Assembly (NCBI RefSeq): GCF_009914755.1
Contig: NC_060932.1
Source of the DNA: the human T2T-CHM13v2.0 reference genome, Homo sapiens
DNA length: 64,000 nt
Reading direction: 5' to 3' (one strand)
Of the stretch, positions 14,828 through 31,352 are shown in pieces. The notes below the pieces were generated by a model, which was not told where the DNA came from, searched no databases, and worked only from the letters and a program-made list of their open reading frames with translations. Made by a program: the position numbers and the translations under genes. Numbering within the stretch: position 1 is the stretch's first letter; each line of letters begins with the position of its first letter.

Positions 14828-15141
14828 GGCTGGGTGTGGTGGCTCATGCCTGTAATGCCAGCACTTTGGGATTCTGAGGTGGGTGAATCACTTGAGCTCA
14901 GGAATTCAAGACCAGCCTGGCCAATATGGTGAAATCCTGTCTCTAATGAAAATACAAAAATTAGCTGGGCATGGTGTTGCATGCCTGTGGTCCCAGCTAC
15001 TCAGGAGACTGAGGTGGGAGAATCACTTGAACCCAGGAGGTGGAGGTTGCAGTGAGCCGAGATCATGCCACTGCCCTCCAGCCTGGGAGACAGAGCGAGA
15101 CTCTGCCTCAAAAGAAAAAAAAAAAAACAAACAAAAAAAAA
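14828..15141 (+). mobile_element. Alu inserted in L1
   Basis: Sense Alu with A tail; TSD 'agaatgttct'. Confidence 0.95.
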
Positions 15142-16362
15142 CCAGAATGTTCTAAAAACTTCATGCTTTCATGCTAATAAACATTCAACAACTTAAATGT
15201 ACACATTTCTTGAAAGACACAAATGAGCAAAGTCCACTCACAAAATAAATAATATGAATAGCTCTCTATTAAAGACATTGAAGTTGCCATTAAAAACCTT
15301 CCTCAAAAAACAAAAAACAAAAAACTTCAGGCCTACATGGCTTCACTGGTGAATTTTACCAAATGTTTAAGAAGCAATGACACCAGTTGTACACAAACTC
15401 TCCCAGAAAAGGAAAGAGATAGAACTCCTTCTTAACTCATCCTATGAGGCCAGCATTACCTGCTACCAGACAACAACATGACTAGAAAAGGAAACTACTA
15501 ACCAATGTCCCTCATAAACATAGATGCAAAAATTCTTATCAAAACTTTATTAAACTGAATCCAATTATATACAAAAAGCATAGTAGATCATGACTAAGTG
15601 AGTTTCCTCTCCCATGAATGGAAAGTTAGTTTAACATTTTAAAACTGATCAATGTAAGTAAATATATCAACAATTTAAAAAGTAAGAATCATACTATCAT
15701 CTCAATTGATGCAATAAAAGCATTTGACAAATCCAGCATCTATTCCTGATAAAAACTCTCAACAAACTTGGAATAGAAGGGCACTTCATCCACCAGATAA
15801 AGGATTTACCTTTATCAGATAAGAAAAACATAGACTCACCCCTACTTAATGGTGAAAGACTGAATGCTTTGTCCCTGAGAATAGGAACAAGACAAAGATT
15901 TATGTTATCAATTCTCTTCATCATTGTCCTGAAGGTACTAATCAGTGTGATAAGGAAAAATAAATAAATACAATAAAAGACATTTAGATTTGAAAGAAAA
16001 AAATAAACTCTCAATTCACTAATGACATCTTGTTAAAAATGCGAAAAAAATCTACCAAAAAACTATTAGAACTACTATGTGCATTTAGCAAGGTTGCAAG
16101 ATATAAGGTCACTATACAAAAATCAGTTACAATTTTATGTACTAACAACAATTGGAGATTGAAATAAAAAAAGGTCACTTGACATTTGACAAAAATGTCA
16201 AATACTTTGGGATTCATCTGTCAGAAGATGTACAGGACCAGTAAACTGAAAATATCAAAATATTCCTAAGAGAAATTAAAGATCTAAATAAATGGAGATA
16301 TATACATTGTTGGTAGATCAGAAGACTCAATAATATTATAATGTCAATTCTCTCAAAAAAAA

Positions 16363-16654
<292 letters not shown>

Positions 16655-19600
16655 AATTCTCTCAAAACTGATCTAAAGAGTCAATGCAGTCTGTAGAAAT
16701 TTTTGTTAAAATGTACTAGATTATTACATACTTTATAAGGAAATATAAGTTATCTTAAATAGCCAACACCTTTGAAAAATAACATAGTTGGAAGACTTAC
16801 ATTACCTGACTTCAAGGTAAATGTTAAAGCTAGAGTTGTCAAAACAGTGCCGTATTGGCATAAAAATAGACAGATCAATGGAAGAGAACAGAGTCCAGAA
16901 ATAGGCCCACGCACATACAGTCATTTGTTTTTTAACAAAGGTGCAAAGGCTATTTAGTGGAGAAAGGATAGTCTTTTTAATAAATGGTGTTGGAAAAATT
17001 ATATATTTTTATTTTTAAAAAAATCTTGTTTCATACATCACAATATATACAAATATTAACTCAAAATGAATGAGGCCTACTTGGAATGACAAGTAAACGT
17101 AAAACAAAAACTGTAAAATTCCTAGAAGAAAACATGCAAGAAAATTTTTGTGAGCTTGAGTTAGGCAAAGATTTCTTAGATATACAACCCACAAGTGAAA
17201 AGCTGATAAATTGTGCATCATCAGAAATACCTTCTGGTCTTTGAAGAATGGTGTTAAGATAATGAAAATTATATACAGTAGCTGAAAAACATAGCATTTA
17301 GATTATATAAAGAACCTCTAGAAGACATTATTAGAAAACAAATAATGCACTTTAAAAATGGGCCCAGATTTGAATGGACACTTTACCAAAGAAGCTATAT
17401 GAATGGCAGATGAGCAAGTGAGCTGATTCTCAGCATAATTAGTCATTTGGGAAATGAAAATTAAGGTGATTTCGGACCACATAGTTATTAGAATGTTTAA
17501 AATTTAAAAGTCTGAACATACCAAGGACAGGATATATCCATAAGGTAAGGATAGGGAGGAAGTGGGACTCTCATCCACTGCCAGTGAGAAGGTAAAATGG
17601 TACAACCAATTTAGAAAACAGTTTAACAAGTTCTTTAAAAATTGAATATCCTTCTCTCATATGACCCGATCACTCAATTTCTTGTTATTTAGCGACAAAA
17701 AAAAGAAAGCATATGCTCATATAGAGACTTACATACAAATGTTTCTTGCAGTTTTATATATCGTAAGTAAACTGGAAACAAGGCAAATGTTTATCACCAA
17801 GTAAATGAACAAACAACTTGTGGCGTATTCATATAATGGAATTCTAGTAAGAAAAGATATGAAACAAACTACTGGTGCATGCAACAACATGAATTAATCC
17901 CAAAATAACTAGGCTGAGTGAAAGATGTTAAGCAAAAAACAAAGAATGCTTAGTGTATGATCACGTTTACATAAAATGCTAGGAATTGCAAACCGATCTC
18001 AAGTGACAGAAAGCAGATCAGCCAGCAATTGCCTGCCTTAGGCAGTGGAGCAGGAGGAAGGGCGTGAGAAAACATTTGGAGGGGGTGGAGGTGTTCAGTC
18101 TTGACTGTGGTCACAGTTTTATGAGTGTTATCCAGAAGTCAAAACTTATTAAATCTTGCAGTTTAAACATGTATAACTTTTGCATATGAATCAAAGGAGT
18201 TTTATCTATACCTGCGAATATGGAAAGATTTCCAAAATATGTTTTATATAGAAAAAGAGAGAAGGCTTATAGCAGTATTTATGGTATACCACATTAGTTG
18301 TTTGGTTTTTTTAGAGACATCCATATGTAGTCTGGTCATCGAATGAAATTTCTGAAAGGATTCACAAGAAACTGTCAATAGCAGTTCTCTGTAGGTAAAG
18401 GGAACTGAGGTTTTATGGGGGTATAGAAGGAAAATAATCTTGTTTTTCATTTTGCAGAGTTCTATACTATTCGGAGGTTTTACGTGATTTACACATTACT
18501 TTTATAGAAATGATTCTCGAAAAAAGAGATCTGGAAAGTATTGGGCAAAAAAGAAACATTGTAAGAGTAATTTCTGCCTAAAGCAAATGTTGCTGGGGTT
18601 AGTGCTCAGTATCTATGTAGGTATCTGTAAAGCTTGATAGTTGTGCGTCTTCTGCAATTTAACTTTGTGATTTATTAAAGCACACACAAAGAACTTGAAC
18701 ATTGGTGAAAACTGCTGCACTGCTGCATATATTGGGGTGGAGACTGCTATTTGTCCCCTAATATATTTTGGAAAGTTTCCTCCCTTCCCATCTCTCTTCT
18801 GCTGTATCTTTTTCTTGTAGAGACCTCATGGTGGTCAGACTTCGTACAGGATGGCTGAAGGGTCCCAGCATAAGTATCTTAAGAGAGATGGCAAAGGTTT
18901 CGTTTACTACCTACCTGATGAATCATGCAGCTTCACTTCTGCCACATTCTGAAGGGCTGCCCAGGTTTGAGTGGAAGGGGCATGTTCCCCATTTCTTGAT
19001 GGAATGTCCAGGGGTTCATGGATACATTTCCAAACCCTTACAGAGACATTTTTTTCTAAAGATAGTGTATGCATGTGCCCTTTCCCACTTCCTCATCTTT
19101 TTCTCCATCCCGTTGCCTGGAACGTGGCTTTTCCCAGGCTAGACCATGAGGCTGCTTCCAGGCCCCGCCCAGGAAGAAGATGGAAGGGCTCTGGGTCATG
19201 TTGGAACATCGCAGCAGCCCCTTGACACCTACTTAAGCTCTGACTGCTAGTTTGTTTGAGAAAATGTAATTTTGAGTTTTCCATCACTGAAAGCCAAACA
19301 TAATCTATACTGATTACCAAAGTCAGCAGGACTCGACAGTGAAGGCCTTAAAAGGATTGGTCAGTAAGAGTAATCCGATGAGAGCACAGGAAAAACAACA
19401 TTCCACTAGCCTACCACTCTTGAAAATGTGGGGTTATTTTATTGACCTTGCAGGGAGAAATCCAATGTTGACTCGTGATGGGTAAAGTCCTCAAGCATTG
19501 GGCTAGCTTTGTTGGATTTGAATTGCTGTGAGTCTGCTGCACGTCTGGGGGTGGTGTGTGTGTCTTGAGGGCAGTGAATCTGAGAGCCTGGGATGCATGT

Positions 19601-20759
19601 TTATCTGGCTTATCTCATTAGATTCTTTGATCAAAACTCACAAATTCTGAAATCAGAGCACTTCCATCACCTCTTAACCCAAAGCAGCATTTCGAATCAT
19701 AAATGAGATTTGGGGGCAGATTCCAAGGTCTGCTTAAGGTAGGTAGTTATTCAAGTAGGGGAATTATATGATGAGTAGTTATATATAATTTATATATGAG
19801 TAACACAAGTTCGATCCACTCCCACTAGGATTAATATTTTTCTGTGTAAAATATTCATGCAGTTGCTTTTTTGAGAAAAAACTTAACAAAATGCCTCTGA
19901 AATTATTTTGTGAATTGCCTATTCTTTCCCCATTGGTCAGCTGGAGTTTTCCTCTGTGTGGTATCTATGTGTTTCTTTCTAAATCAAGGGTTCTAGCAGA
20001 ATTAATTTCGGTGCATCGAATGTCAGTCTTAGAAAATCATAAATGTTCCATGTTGGGTATTGTCAAATGTTGGGCATCATGGTTCTACATGAATAATCTT
20101 TTGGTTGATAATTGCTAGAGAGACTTATGGTTTACTGACCTGCTGGGTTCATGCAGATTTATTGACTTAGAGCTAATTAAATTGTTGTGTGTTGCTTTTG
20201 AGATTCTACCATAGAATCATGCCTGTCATTAGCACAGATTTTGTGCAGGAGGCTTGAATTGGATTGACACAGACATTTTTTCCTAAGTGCTTCCCTGGAG
20301 TGGGGTAGAGGTGAGGAGAGAGGAGAGTAGGATGGCTTCACAGAGGTTAAAGATGTACATACAAAAACTTCAACTTGGGCACTTGTTTTGGTTTTTTGGG
20401 TTTTTTTGGTTTGTTTGTTTGAGTTTGGTTTTTGGTTTTCTTAGATTTTGAAGCTGTATGTCTAAGCTTGCTGCATTTCCCTCCAGAATTATCTCTTTGA
20501 ATAGGAGCTTTGTTTGGCGGTCATTCTGATTTCTTTCAGCATATAACATTTAGGAAAAATTTAAGTATATACTATGCTGCAGGCTGCAGGGTTGTGAATA
20601 GATGAGTCATTTGGGATAACTTTACCAAAAAAAAAAAGGGTATGTTTTTCCATTTAGGATATAACTGAAGAAACCATAGGAGTGGAGCTAATCAGCATCC
20701 ATGGTCAAATCAAGTCTATAATGTCCCTTTGCATCTGGTTTTTAGGATTAGAGCTGATC

Positions 20760-20965
20760 AAGAAGCCAAGCTGGGACTTGCAGTCAACTGCTTTGCTCTT
20801 CCGGCCACTAAGTGTGTGGCCTTTTTGCCAGTGACTGAGTGTTCCTCAGTTTCTCGGTTTCTTCCTCTGGAACATGGTGATAGTAATCATACTATCCTAT
20901 AGGATTGTTGTGAAGATTAAAAGACCACATATGCAAAGGCTTTAGAATAACAAGTAAATGTTGAT
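20760..20965 (+). mobile_element. MIR
   Basis: 'ctcggtttcttcctctg...ataggattgttgtgaagattaaa'. Confidence 0.7.
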
Positions 20966-20972
20966 TGGTATT

Positions 20973-21380
20973 TGTATTAATCCATTCTTGCATTGCTACA
21001 AGGAAATACCTGAGGCTGGGTAATTTATAAAGAAAAGAGATTTAATTTGCTCATGGTTCTGCAGGCTGTACAGGAAGCATGGCTGGAGAGGCCTCAGGAA
21101 ACTTTCAGTCATGGCGGAGGGCAAAGCAGCAGCAGTTTCATTTTACATGGCCAGAGCAGGAGGAAGAGGGCGAGGAGGCAGGTGCTACACACTTTTAAAC
21201 AACCAGATCTCATGAGAATTTGCTCACTTCCAAGAGAACAGTACCAAGGGGAGTGGTGGTAAGCCATTCATAAGGAGTCCACCCCCATGATCCAGTCACC
21301 TCCCACCAGGCCCCACCTCTAACACTGGGGATTACCGTTTGACATGAGATTTGATGGGGACACAGATCCAAACCTTATCA
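20973..21380 (-). mobile_element. MSTA MaLR solo LTR
   Basis: 'tgtattaatccattcttgcattgcta...cagatccaaaccttatca'. Confidence 0.9.
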
Positions 21381-21439
21381 CTGTTGCTCATTTTAATTTT
21401 TATCATCATCATTAAATGTGTAATAAAACTCACATTTAT

Positions 21440-21850
21440 ACTGACCTTTTACAGTTTGAAAAGTTTCACAGCTGACATCTCCTTTGACCTCAATTGTCTG
21501 TAATGAAATTGTGTACTAATTTTGCCAGTCTGTTTTAGAGATGAGGAAACTGGGGTTAGAAAGGTTAAGAGTCTTTCTCAAATGACCACTAAGTGATCAA
21601 AGAGGAAACTCAGAACGAGCTCCGCTGAATCCAATCTTAACTCTCTATTTACTGCTTCACCCTGCTTTTCCATAGTATTGTCAAATTTAGAACTGGAGGA
21701 AATCTCAGAAAACATTTAATTTGCGCCTTTCTTTATATGGATGGAAAAAATGAGGCTCAGAAATAATGAAGACTTGCCTAAAATCACATATCTTGGAGCA
21801 GACCCAGAATTCTTGATTACTATCTAAAAGCCCTTTTTCCACTACCATAT
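21440..21850 (-). mobile_element. MIR fragments (two)
   Basis: 'gatgaggaaactggggttagaaaggttaa' and 'tgaggctcagaaa...gacttgcctaaaatcaca'. Confidence 0.65.
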
Positions 21851-22801
21851 ATCAGATAGTAAAAATTCCAGCGAGGCATTGAGGAAGTGGTGATAACATT
21901 CCCACACAAAGAATAAGGTTTCCTTTTAGTAACTTGAGATTCTTAATGTCATTGCTTTTCTGCAAGCCAACTGTTATAAAATTGCTGTAAAAGGCAAATA
22001 ACATCCTTTCCATAAATGAGTTATTGTCGTACATAGAGGATCCCTTTAATTTCCCTTTTGTAGCAAAGACTTCAGTTGCATCTAGTAATTTCTCTCTGTC
22101 TCGTGGAAAACAGAGAATGCTATGGTGTGATTGTTTGCATGTTTAGTGTTTCCAGGAGATATGAGGTGTGTCTAAAACACAAGAAGGTCAGTTTTCACAT
22201 GTGGCTTCTGGAAGCAGAAAAGGAATAAGGACATGTTGGAACATATTTCATCTTGCAACCTCAGCAGAATAAGTGCGTATGGTTTTGTGGTAGCAATTTT
22301 CTTATGCATTTCAGGATACAGCCAAATAAAAGTCCATTTGGTACAAAAGATAGGTATCAAATTTTCCATAAAATCAACTCTTTCAGGCCTGACCCTGTGT
22401 TCTAGGAGACATAGGGAGGAAGAAATGTCTAGAGCAAAGTTTATGACTGGCAGAAACAGTGCTTTAAAGATAGACAAACAAAACAAAAGCATGTGTCTAC
22501 TACCATGCCTAAAGGGGTGATCTAATTGCTCATTAGAATGGAAACATTTCTGGGAAGGGCTTCACCTCCCAACTCATCACCAGATTACTCTTTCCCTTTG
22601 ACTTAGGGGAAGGGCATTTCTGAAAGGTGACCTTCTGGCTTTCAAATATCTCAAGACCTTTCCCACCTCAGAGCCTTCACTCATCCTGTCTTTCCATCTG
22701 CAATGCTCCTTCTGTGCCCGGTCTCATCTCGTGCTTGTCAAAGATGTTTTCCTCGACCACTCCATTTAAAATAGGTCACCCAGCCCTGTTCTTTAAATTT
22801 A

Positions 22802-23156
<355 letters not shown>

Positions 23157-23415
23157 TTACTTACTGTTGTTGCAGTAGATAGTCTATTTCTCCAGCTAGA
23201 TGTTAATATCCATGAATGGAAATAACATTTAGCCTCAAATTCAGTGCCTAGAAGGTGCTCAGTAAACATGTGCTGAAAGAAGATAGTTGGCTTGGTCAAT
23301 TAGATAGAGATGTGAGATCATTGCTAAAGAGTTAAATTTAACTGAAGCATTTAGAAACAAAATTGAACTAGATGAAATTATGGTGTGGCTATAAATCATC
23401 AGCAGCTGATGGGTA

Positions 23416-23735
<320 letters not shown>

Positions 23736-24884
23736 AGCAGCTGAGGTTTTCAAACCAGAAAGTTGATTTATTTAAATTTGTCCTAGAAGTGTAATTCCAG
23801 TGTCAGAAGTAGCTTATCTTTTGAAATCAAAGTAAAACCGATTTAAGTCTACACCACATGTGTGTAGTCATAGCTCTAAATCCCCCCAATTCTCTCTAGA
23901 TTTAGGAGAGGAAGTTGGTTTATAGTAATCTTTGGTCATCTCTAGGTCCACCTTTCATTTTTCTTGCATTGGCGTAGCTCGTAGATATTGATCTATATCT
24001 ATATTCGTATCTATCTATATATATATACACACTCTCCTATCAAAATTCCATATATATGGGATGAATGTACATATTCATACTGCCCAATCCTTCCAGATCC
24101 AGATGTGGAACTTAGTCTGGTTCTGTACCCTGCTCCAGATGTGGAACCCAAGTACATACAAACACATAAACTGTGTTGCCCTTCCCCACTTTCAAATTCC
24201 CACTCTTTTCTTTTGTAGGAGTTCTCTCTCTCTTGCCAAGTTATTCCTTAGGGATTTTACCATAAACTCTAAGCTACTTTTCAAGGTATTTTTCTCAGGC
24301 AAAACCAATTCCATCTCTAAAAGAAATTGTGGTGCTGTTAAAATAATTTATTATTAATAGTTTATTGCATTAGTTAAAGTTCATTTGGTTTTAAATAAGA
24401 GAATCCAAATTAAGCTAAGGTGAGCAGGTTAAGGAATTTATTGTAAGGATACCATCATTTCTCTCTCTCTCTCTTTCTTTGTCTTTCATTTTTTTTTCAC
24501 CTCAAGGATACTGTGGTTTTAATGGAACTTAAGGCAGAATGAAATAGCTAGACCTTAAGACTGTCTCATGGTAAAAATGCAGATGTTACATATGTAGTCT
24601 CTGAGGATCACAGGTAATTCCTATAGAAGGAGAAATTAGTGTGACCTGGCCAGACACCCCCAGAAATGTTTATGGTGTGACCTAATGAGTGTACAAGATT
24701 TTATTCCATTTGTAGAGATCAAGTTCGCGTGAGTCATTTACAATAGAACAATTCACAGACTCCAGAGCACATTCACATAAAACCATTTTCAATTTTTTAA
24801 AAAATGTAGTCATTATTTCACCTTATTTTTTTAAAAAATTTTTTACCATGCAAGTGAAATATGCATGAGACTGACAAGAAATAA

Positions 24885-25192
<308 letters not shown>

Positions 25193-25877
25193 AATAATTT
25201 ATTTTTAAACAAAATTGTGCCAGAAATTACCTTGACCTTTGAAGTGATCATCTTAAAAGCATCTTTATTCTAATGAAGTTGTCATTTTTGGCATTTTTTT
25301 GTACACGCACTCTGTGTCCCTACGAGGGAGGTAATAAATACTTCACTCCTACAAAACATGACATATATTATATTTTATCTTATTACAGATGAGAGAATTC
25401 AGGCTTAGAAAAGTAAAGTGACTCAGCTAAGATTTCCTATCTAGTAAATATTTGTAAGAATATTAATTCATGGTTCAGGCTCCAAAGATATTATTAAAAA
25501 GTGTTCTACTTCTAATAATAAAAAAAATAGTTCCTAAAAAACACAATGACCATATCTAAGCTGGTATTTTTTGTCCATATGAGAGAAAAGGCTTTAAAAC
25601 ATAGATCTGCCCTGGCCAGGCCTTTCATCTTGCAGATGTCGCAGTACCCTCTAGTGGCACAATGAAGACACAGACCTCGAGAGAAATTTTTTTCATTTGA
25701 AAACTGAGCCCTTCATTTTTAAGGGTAACAGGGGTTAATGTGGGACTTCCAGTTAAAAATAAAATGACCAGATATGTTTAACATCTTTATTTCAAAACCT
25801 CCACTAAAATGGAGATAGCAAAATTAAAATATTATTAATCCACAGAGGCAAAGAGAACTGGAGATGATCCCATAAGG

Positions 25878-27137
<1,260 letters not shown>

Positions 27138-27700
27138 CCATCGGTGACAAAAGACTTCAATAAAATCCTTAGAAGACAGGAAGAGGACAGATGGGGGTGA
27201 CTGACCTAACAGGACAGAAGAAGTTAAGGCCAGTGGCCTGTATGAGGCACAGCTGATGAAACTGGTTTGTCTTGCTCTGAAGATCACCTACAGGGTTCAA
27301 AGCTTGAAGCCACTATATTCTGTGAGCAGACAGATGAGGCAATGGGCTGCAAACTGAGTGGATTCAAATTCCATTCACCCAGCTACTCACATGGGAGTCA
27401 GGAGGTTCACACTCAGGACAGTTTCAGTCCCAAGGCTCTGAGCTCAGGGATAGCAGTCCCAGTATAGACCAGGAGAAGAGAGGATGGGAAATGAGGGAAG
27501 ATCCACACACTGAATGGCAGGTCTTCAGCCTCTCATGGACTGCTCCCATGCTCCTTTCTGGAGAAGCCGAAGAGTACAACCATCACAAGTCCCTCAGGAA
27601 GAAGGCTGGCTAACTGGTGAGCCTTCTGTGAAGCCAGCCTTCAACAAACCCAGCCTTGTTTGTTTAGGTTTTTCTCTAAAATATGAATAGATGGTCAAAG

Positions 27701-28329
27701 TGAAGCGGCATCATATTCTGGGGTAAATACCCGAGATTTGTTGTCTCACGGCCATGGAAAACTAGGACACAGATACACCAAGAGTGAGCTTAAGGCGGAA
27801 GTTTAATAGGCGACAGAAAGAGAAGATCTCTCTCTGCTGCAGAGAGAGGGGTCCTGAATGGGTTTCCACTTCCATGGTGAAATGCAGAGCGTTTTATAGA
27901 TGAGCTTGAGGAGGTGGTGTCTGTTTTACATATGGCATGAAAGATTGGTTGGACCAGGTGTGCCATTTTACTGGGTGTGAAAAGGTGGCTGCCCACCCTA
28001 ATCTTTTATTATGCAGATGGTTCTCTACCTGGCGAGTGCCATGTTGCCTGTTTCTTTACTGTACACATGGTGACAAAGAAAAGGGAGGATGGAGCCTCCA
28101 TGTTGAACATGCCTGGCCCCAGGTAGCCTTTTCCTCGTGGACAGCTGCCGTCATTCACCCGTGGAAGCTTCCAGCTTGCTCACCTATATTTGCAGCTCGA
28201 TTTTTTCAGGCTGCTCTTTGTTAGAAAAGAACAATTTCTTGGGCTGCTTTTTGTCAGAAGGGAAGCATTGTCGAGGACTCTTTTACCATCACTATCCGCC
28301 CAAATAATTTCTTTCTGCCTTCCGTATCA
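27701..28329 (-). mobile_element. LTR9-type ERV1 solo LTR
   Basis: Minus strand TGATACGGAAGG...GTATTTACCCCAG...GCCGCTTCA; near-TSD aaag/agag. Confidence 0.8.
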
Positions 28330-28710
28330 AGAGGTCATCACACATTTCAGGAAAGTCATCACCATGAAAAATGGAAACCAAAACCAACTTAGTGGAAACA
28401 AAAGACGCAGGAGACGGTAAAAAGCTACACTTAAATCAGAAGAGCATGTTATGTAAAGATAAATAAGTAAATTTTAAAAAGTAAAGACCTCTTCAAAGTT
28501 TATAAAGATGGTAACTGAAGTAACAATTCATTATAAATTTTGAAGGCTAAAGTTGAAGAATTTTCATAAATGTTAAACATTTTTTTAAAAACTAGGCGTT
28601 GCTCTGAACCTACTCTGGTTCTAGGGATACCTGATTCTCCGGTTGTTTTTTGCTCAATTAAACTCTGTCAAATTTAATTTGTCTAAAGTTTTTCTTTTAT
28701 CAGATGGTAT

Positions 28711-29107
28711 TGTAAGGTTCTTGTATCGGTTTGAACCTCGAGAGCGCGCCAACAGACAACACGACAGTGTGGAGCAACATGCTGTTTTAATGAGAGCCTG
28801 GGTGCTGGCGGGCTGAGGCCTAAAACGGCGTCAGCCCCAAGTGAGGATGGGGCAAAGGTTTTATAGTCTCCTGTAAACAGGAAGTGTCCTGGTCTGACGT
28901 AACTGCAACGTTGTACCCAGATGGCCTCTTTCTCCATCTTCAGAGGTACTTGTCTTCCGGCTGGCTCTCTTCCTGCTTTTGCTATCTTGCTGGCGCATCT
29001 GCTCACGCACGCTGCTGATGCAAGCGGCCTTGCGCCCTGGGGCTGGGCCTGAGAAGGGAGGAGTTGCTCAACCCCTTAAGCTTTCAGGCCCTGGAGAGAA
29101 TCTTACA
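28711..29107 (-). mobile_element. MER48 solo LTR
   Basis: Minus strand TGTAAGATTCTCTCCAGGGCCTGAAAGC...TATAAAA...ATTAAA...GAACCTTACA, 397 bp; 4-bp near-TSD gtat/atat. Confidence 0.85.
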
Positions 29108-29177
29108 ATATCAGAAGTGGGATTCACATAGCGCTTCCCGTGACCCTCCAGGAATATCAAGTGACCCAGCAAGGTAC

Positions 29178-29891
29178 TGTAACCACCCTATGGGTTCATT
29201 TTGCCCCCTGCCCAGGTAGAGACAATTTATCAAGACAGGAAAATTGCAATAGAGAAAGAGCTTAATTCATGCAGAGCTGGCTGAACAGAAGACTGGAGTT
29301 TTATTATTACCCAAATCAGTCTCCCGGAAAATTTGGAAGCCAGACTTTTTCAATGATAGTTGGGGAAAGAGAGGGGAGGTGACTAGGCAATAGGTTCTTG
29401 CTGCTGGTTGGTTGGGGGTACAATCACAGGGATGTTGGAGATGGTCCTCATGCACGCTGAGCCACTTCTGGATGGGGCCGCGGGAGTGGTTGGCAGGTCT
29501 GGGTGGAGCCATCAGTCATCAGACAAGCAAAAACCTGAAAAGACATCCGAAAAGGCTGATCGTGGGTTCTACAATAGTGATGTGATTTGCAGGAGTAATT
29601 GGGGAAGTTCCATGTCTTGTGACCTCCAGAATAATGGCAGGTAATCATTTATGTCTACACCTTAGCAGAAATCAGGCTCCTCCCATCCTCTTACCCTGGC
29701 GGTCTCTCATCAGCTTTACAAATGTGGTTGAGCTTTGGAGAAGAGCTATTATCATTTAAACTATAAACTAAATGTCTCCCAAAGTTAGCTTGGCCCATGC
29801 CCAGGAAGAATGAAGGGCAGTTTGAAGGGTACAGGCAAGATGTGGGATGGTTAAATTTTCTCACTGTTAGAATTTTTGCAGAGGGAGTTCA
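29178..29891 (-). mobile_element. LTR8A-type solo LTR
   Basis: TG...CA ends; perfect 4-bp TSD GTAC at 29174-29177 and 29892-29895. Confidence 0.85.
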
Positions 29892-30518
29892 GTACTCGCC
29901 TGCCCACTGTGTCCATTGCTGTCTCACAACTGGGGATTACTGCTCAATTCTCTCTCAGATTCTGAAGCCCCGCTGATTTATGATTTGAGCTATCTGAGTT
30001 TGTTTGAGCAAATTTTTTTATCCAAACTGCATTCAGAAGTTGTGACAGAAACTGGACTGGGTCCAGGATCAGATTGGATCCAAGAATTAACTAGCCTGGA
30101 TCCAGTTAGAGACCTCAGGTGTCTGATTGGGTCAGACAGGAACTGACAGTAAATGGCAAAATTGCGGTGGAGTGTGAACTTTGGCTTTTGGAAATTCGCA
30201 GGAATTTTTGTATTCTGTCACCTTTGTTTCTTTTTCTCACATGCTTAGTAGGGAAAATCATTGACAAAGTTGATCAAGGGGATCTGAGAGCCAAAGGCAA
30301 GATTCAATGTAAAATGAAACCCTTAATTTCTGAAGAGCTGAATACACTCCACCTTCCAGCTATGCCTACATTTACATGGATAAATATGAGTCCCTGGAAG
30401 CAGCAAACACTTACAAAACTGTCAAAATCTTACTAAAGATGATTTAAAATCACAGTGGAATATTCCAAGTGAACAATACCTCACTTTAAGAAGTGCATTT
30501 AGAAATGAGATTGTAAAA

Positions 30519-30705
30519 TGTTTCTTACCAGACTTAAAGTCTGCGTTGATATTAATGCCTGACAGGTATCATGAGGCATATTTGACCCCGACTTCCCGGC
30601 AATGCCTGAAATAGTCTCTCAGGTTAAATTTTAAAACAGTCTTGGCTGAGGAGGAAGTCTATTCAGATGGTTGGGGGGGCCTTAGAATTTTATTTTTGCT
30701 TTACA
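30519..30705 (-). mobile_element. MER4 LTR 5' fragment
   Basis: Minus strand TGTAAAGCAAAAATAAAATTCTAAGGCCCCCCCAACCATCTGAAT. Confidence 0.75.
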
Positions 30706-31044
30706 GACCTGACACCTAATGAATGTGTGAATAGAAAACACCTAGATGCTCAGAAGAATGGGTAGTGAAATATTCGTATTCATATACCAATCAGAGAGTT
30801 TTGGCTGATCACAGGCTGCCAACTGTTCAAACCACATTCAAATAAGGTAAATGCTGAGCTGTAACCAATCTGTCTGCTTCTGTACCTCACTGCCTTTTCT
30901 GTACATCATTTTCCTTTTTCTCTTCATCAATTTTCTCTGACTACGCAGCAGCGCAGAGCTGCTCTGAACCTATTTTGTTTCTGTGTCTAATTTTTGAGTC
31001 TGATTTGTGAATCATTCTTTGCTCAGTTAAATTCTGTTAAATTA

Positions 31045-31352
31045 GGCCAGGTGCAGTGGCTCACACCTATAATCCTAGCACTTTAGGCACTGAGGCAGGC
31101 GGATCACTTGAGGTCAGGAGTTCAAGACCAGCCTGGGCAACATGGCAAAACCCCGTCTCTACTAAAAGTACAAGAATCAGCCAGGCATGGTGGTGAGCAC
31201 CTGTAATCCCAGTCACGTGGGAGGCTGAGGCAGGAGAATCACTTGAACCCGGGAGGCGAGGTTGCAGTGAGCTGAGATTGCACCAAGGCCTTCCAGCCTG
31301 GGCGACAGAGTAAGACCCTGTCTCAAAAAATAAAGAAAGAAATAAAAATAAA
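31045..31352 (+). mobile_element. Alu
   Basis: Full sense Alu. Confidence 0.95.

Larger units (their letters stand above)
28596..31042 (+). mobile_element. MER57-type ERV1 remnant (LTR 3' end, PBS/leader, second LTR piece) hosting nested LTRs
   Basis: 'gctcaattaaactctgtcaaatttaatttgtctaaagtttttcttttatca' followed by 'gatggtat..cagaagtgggat'; similar LTR text again at 30785-31042. Confidence 0.7.
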
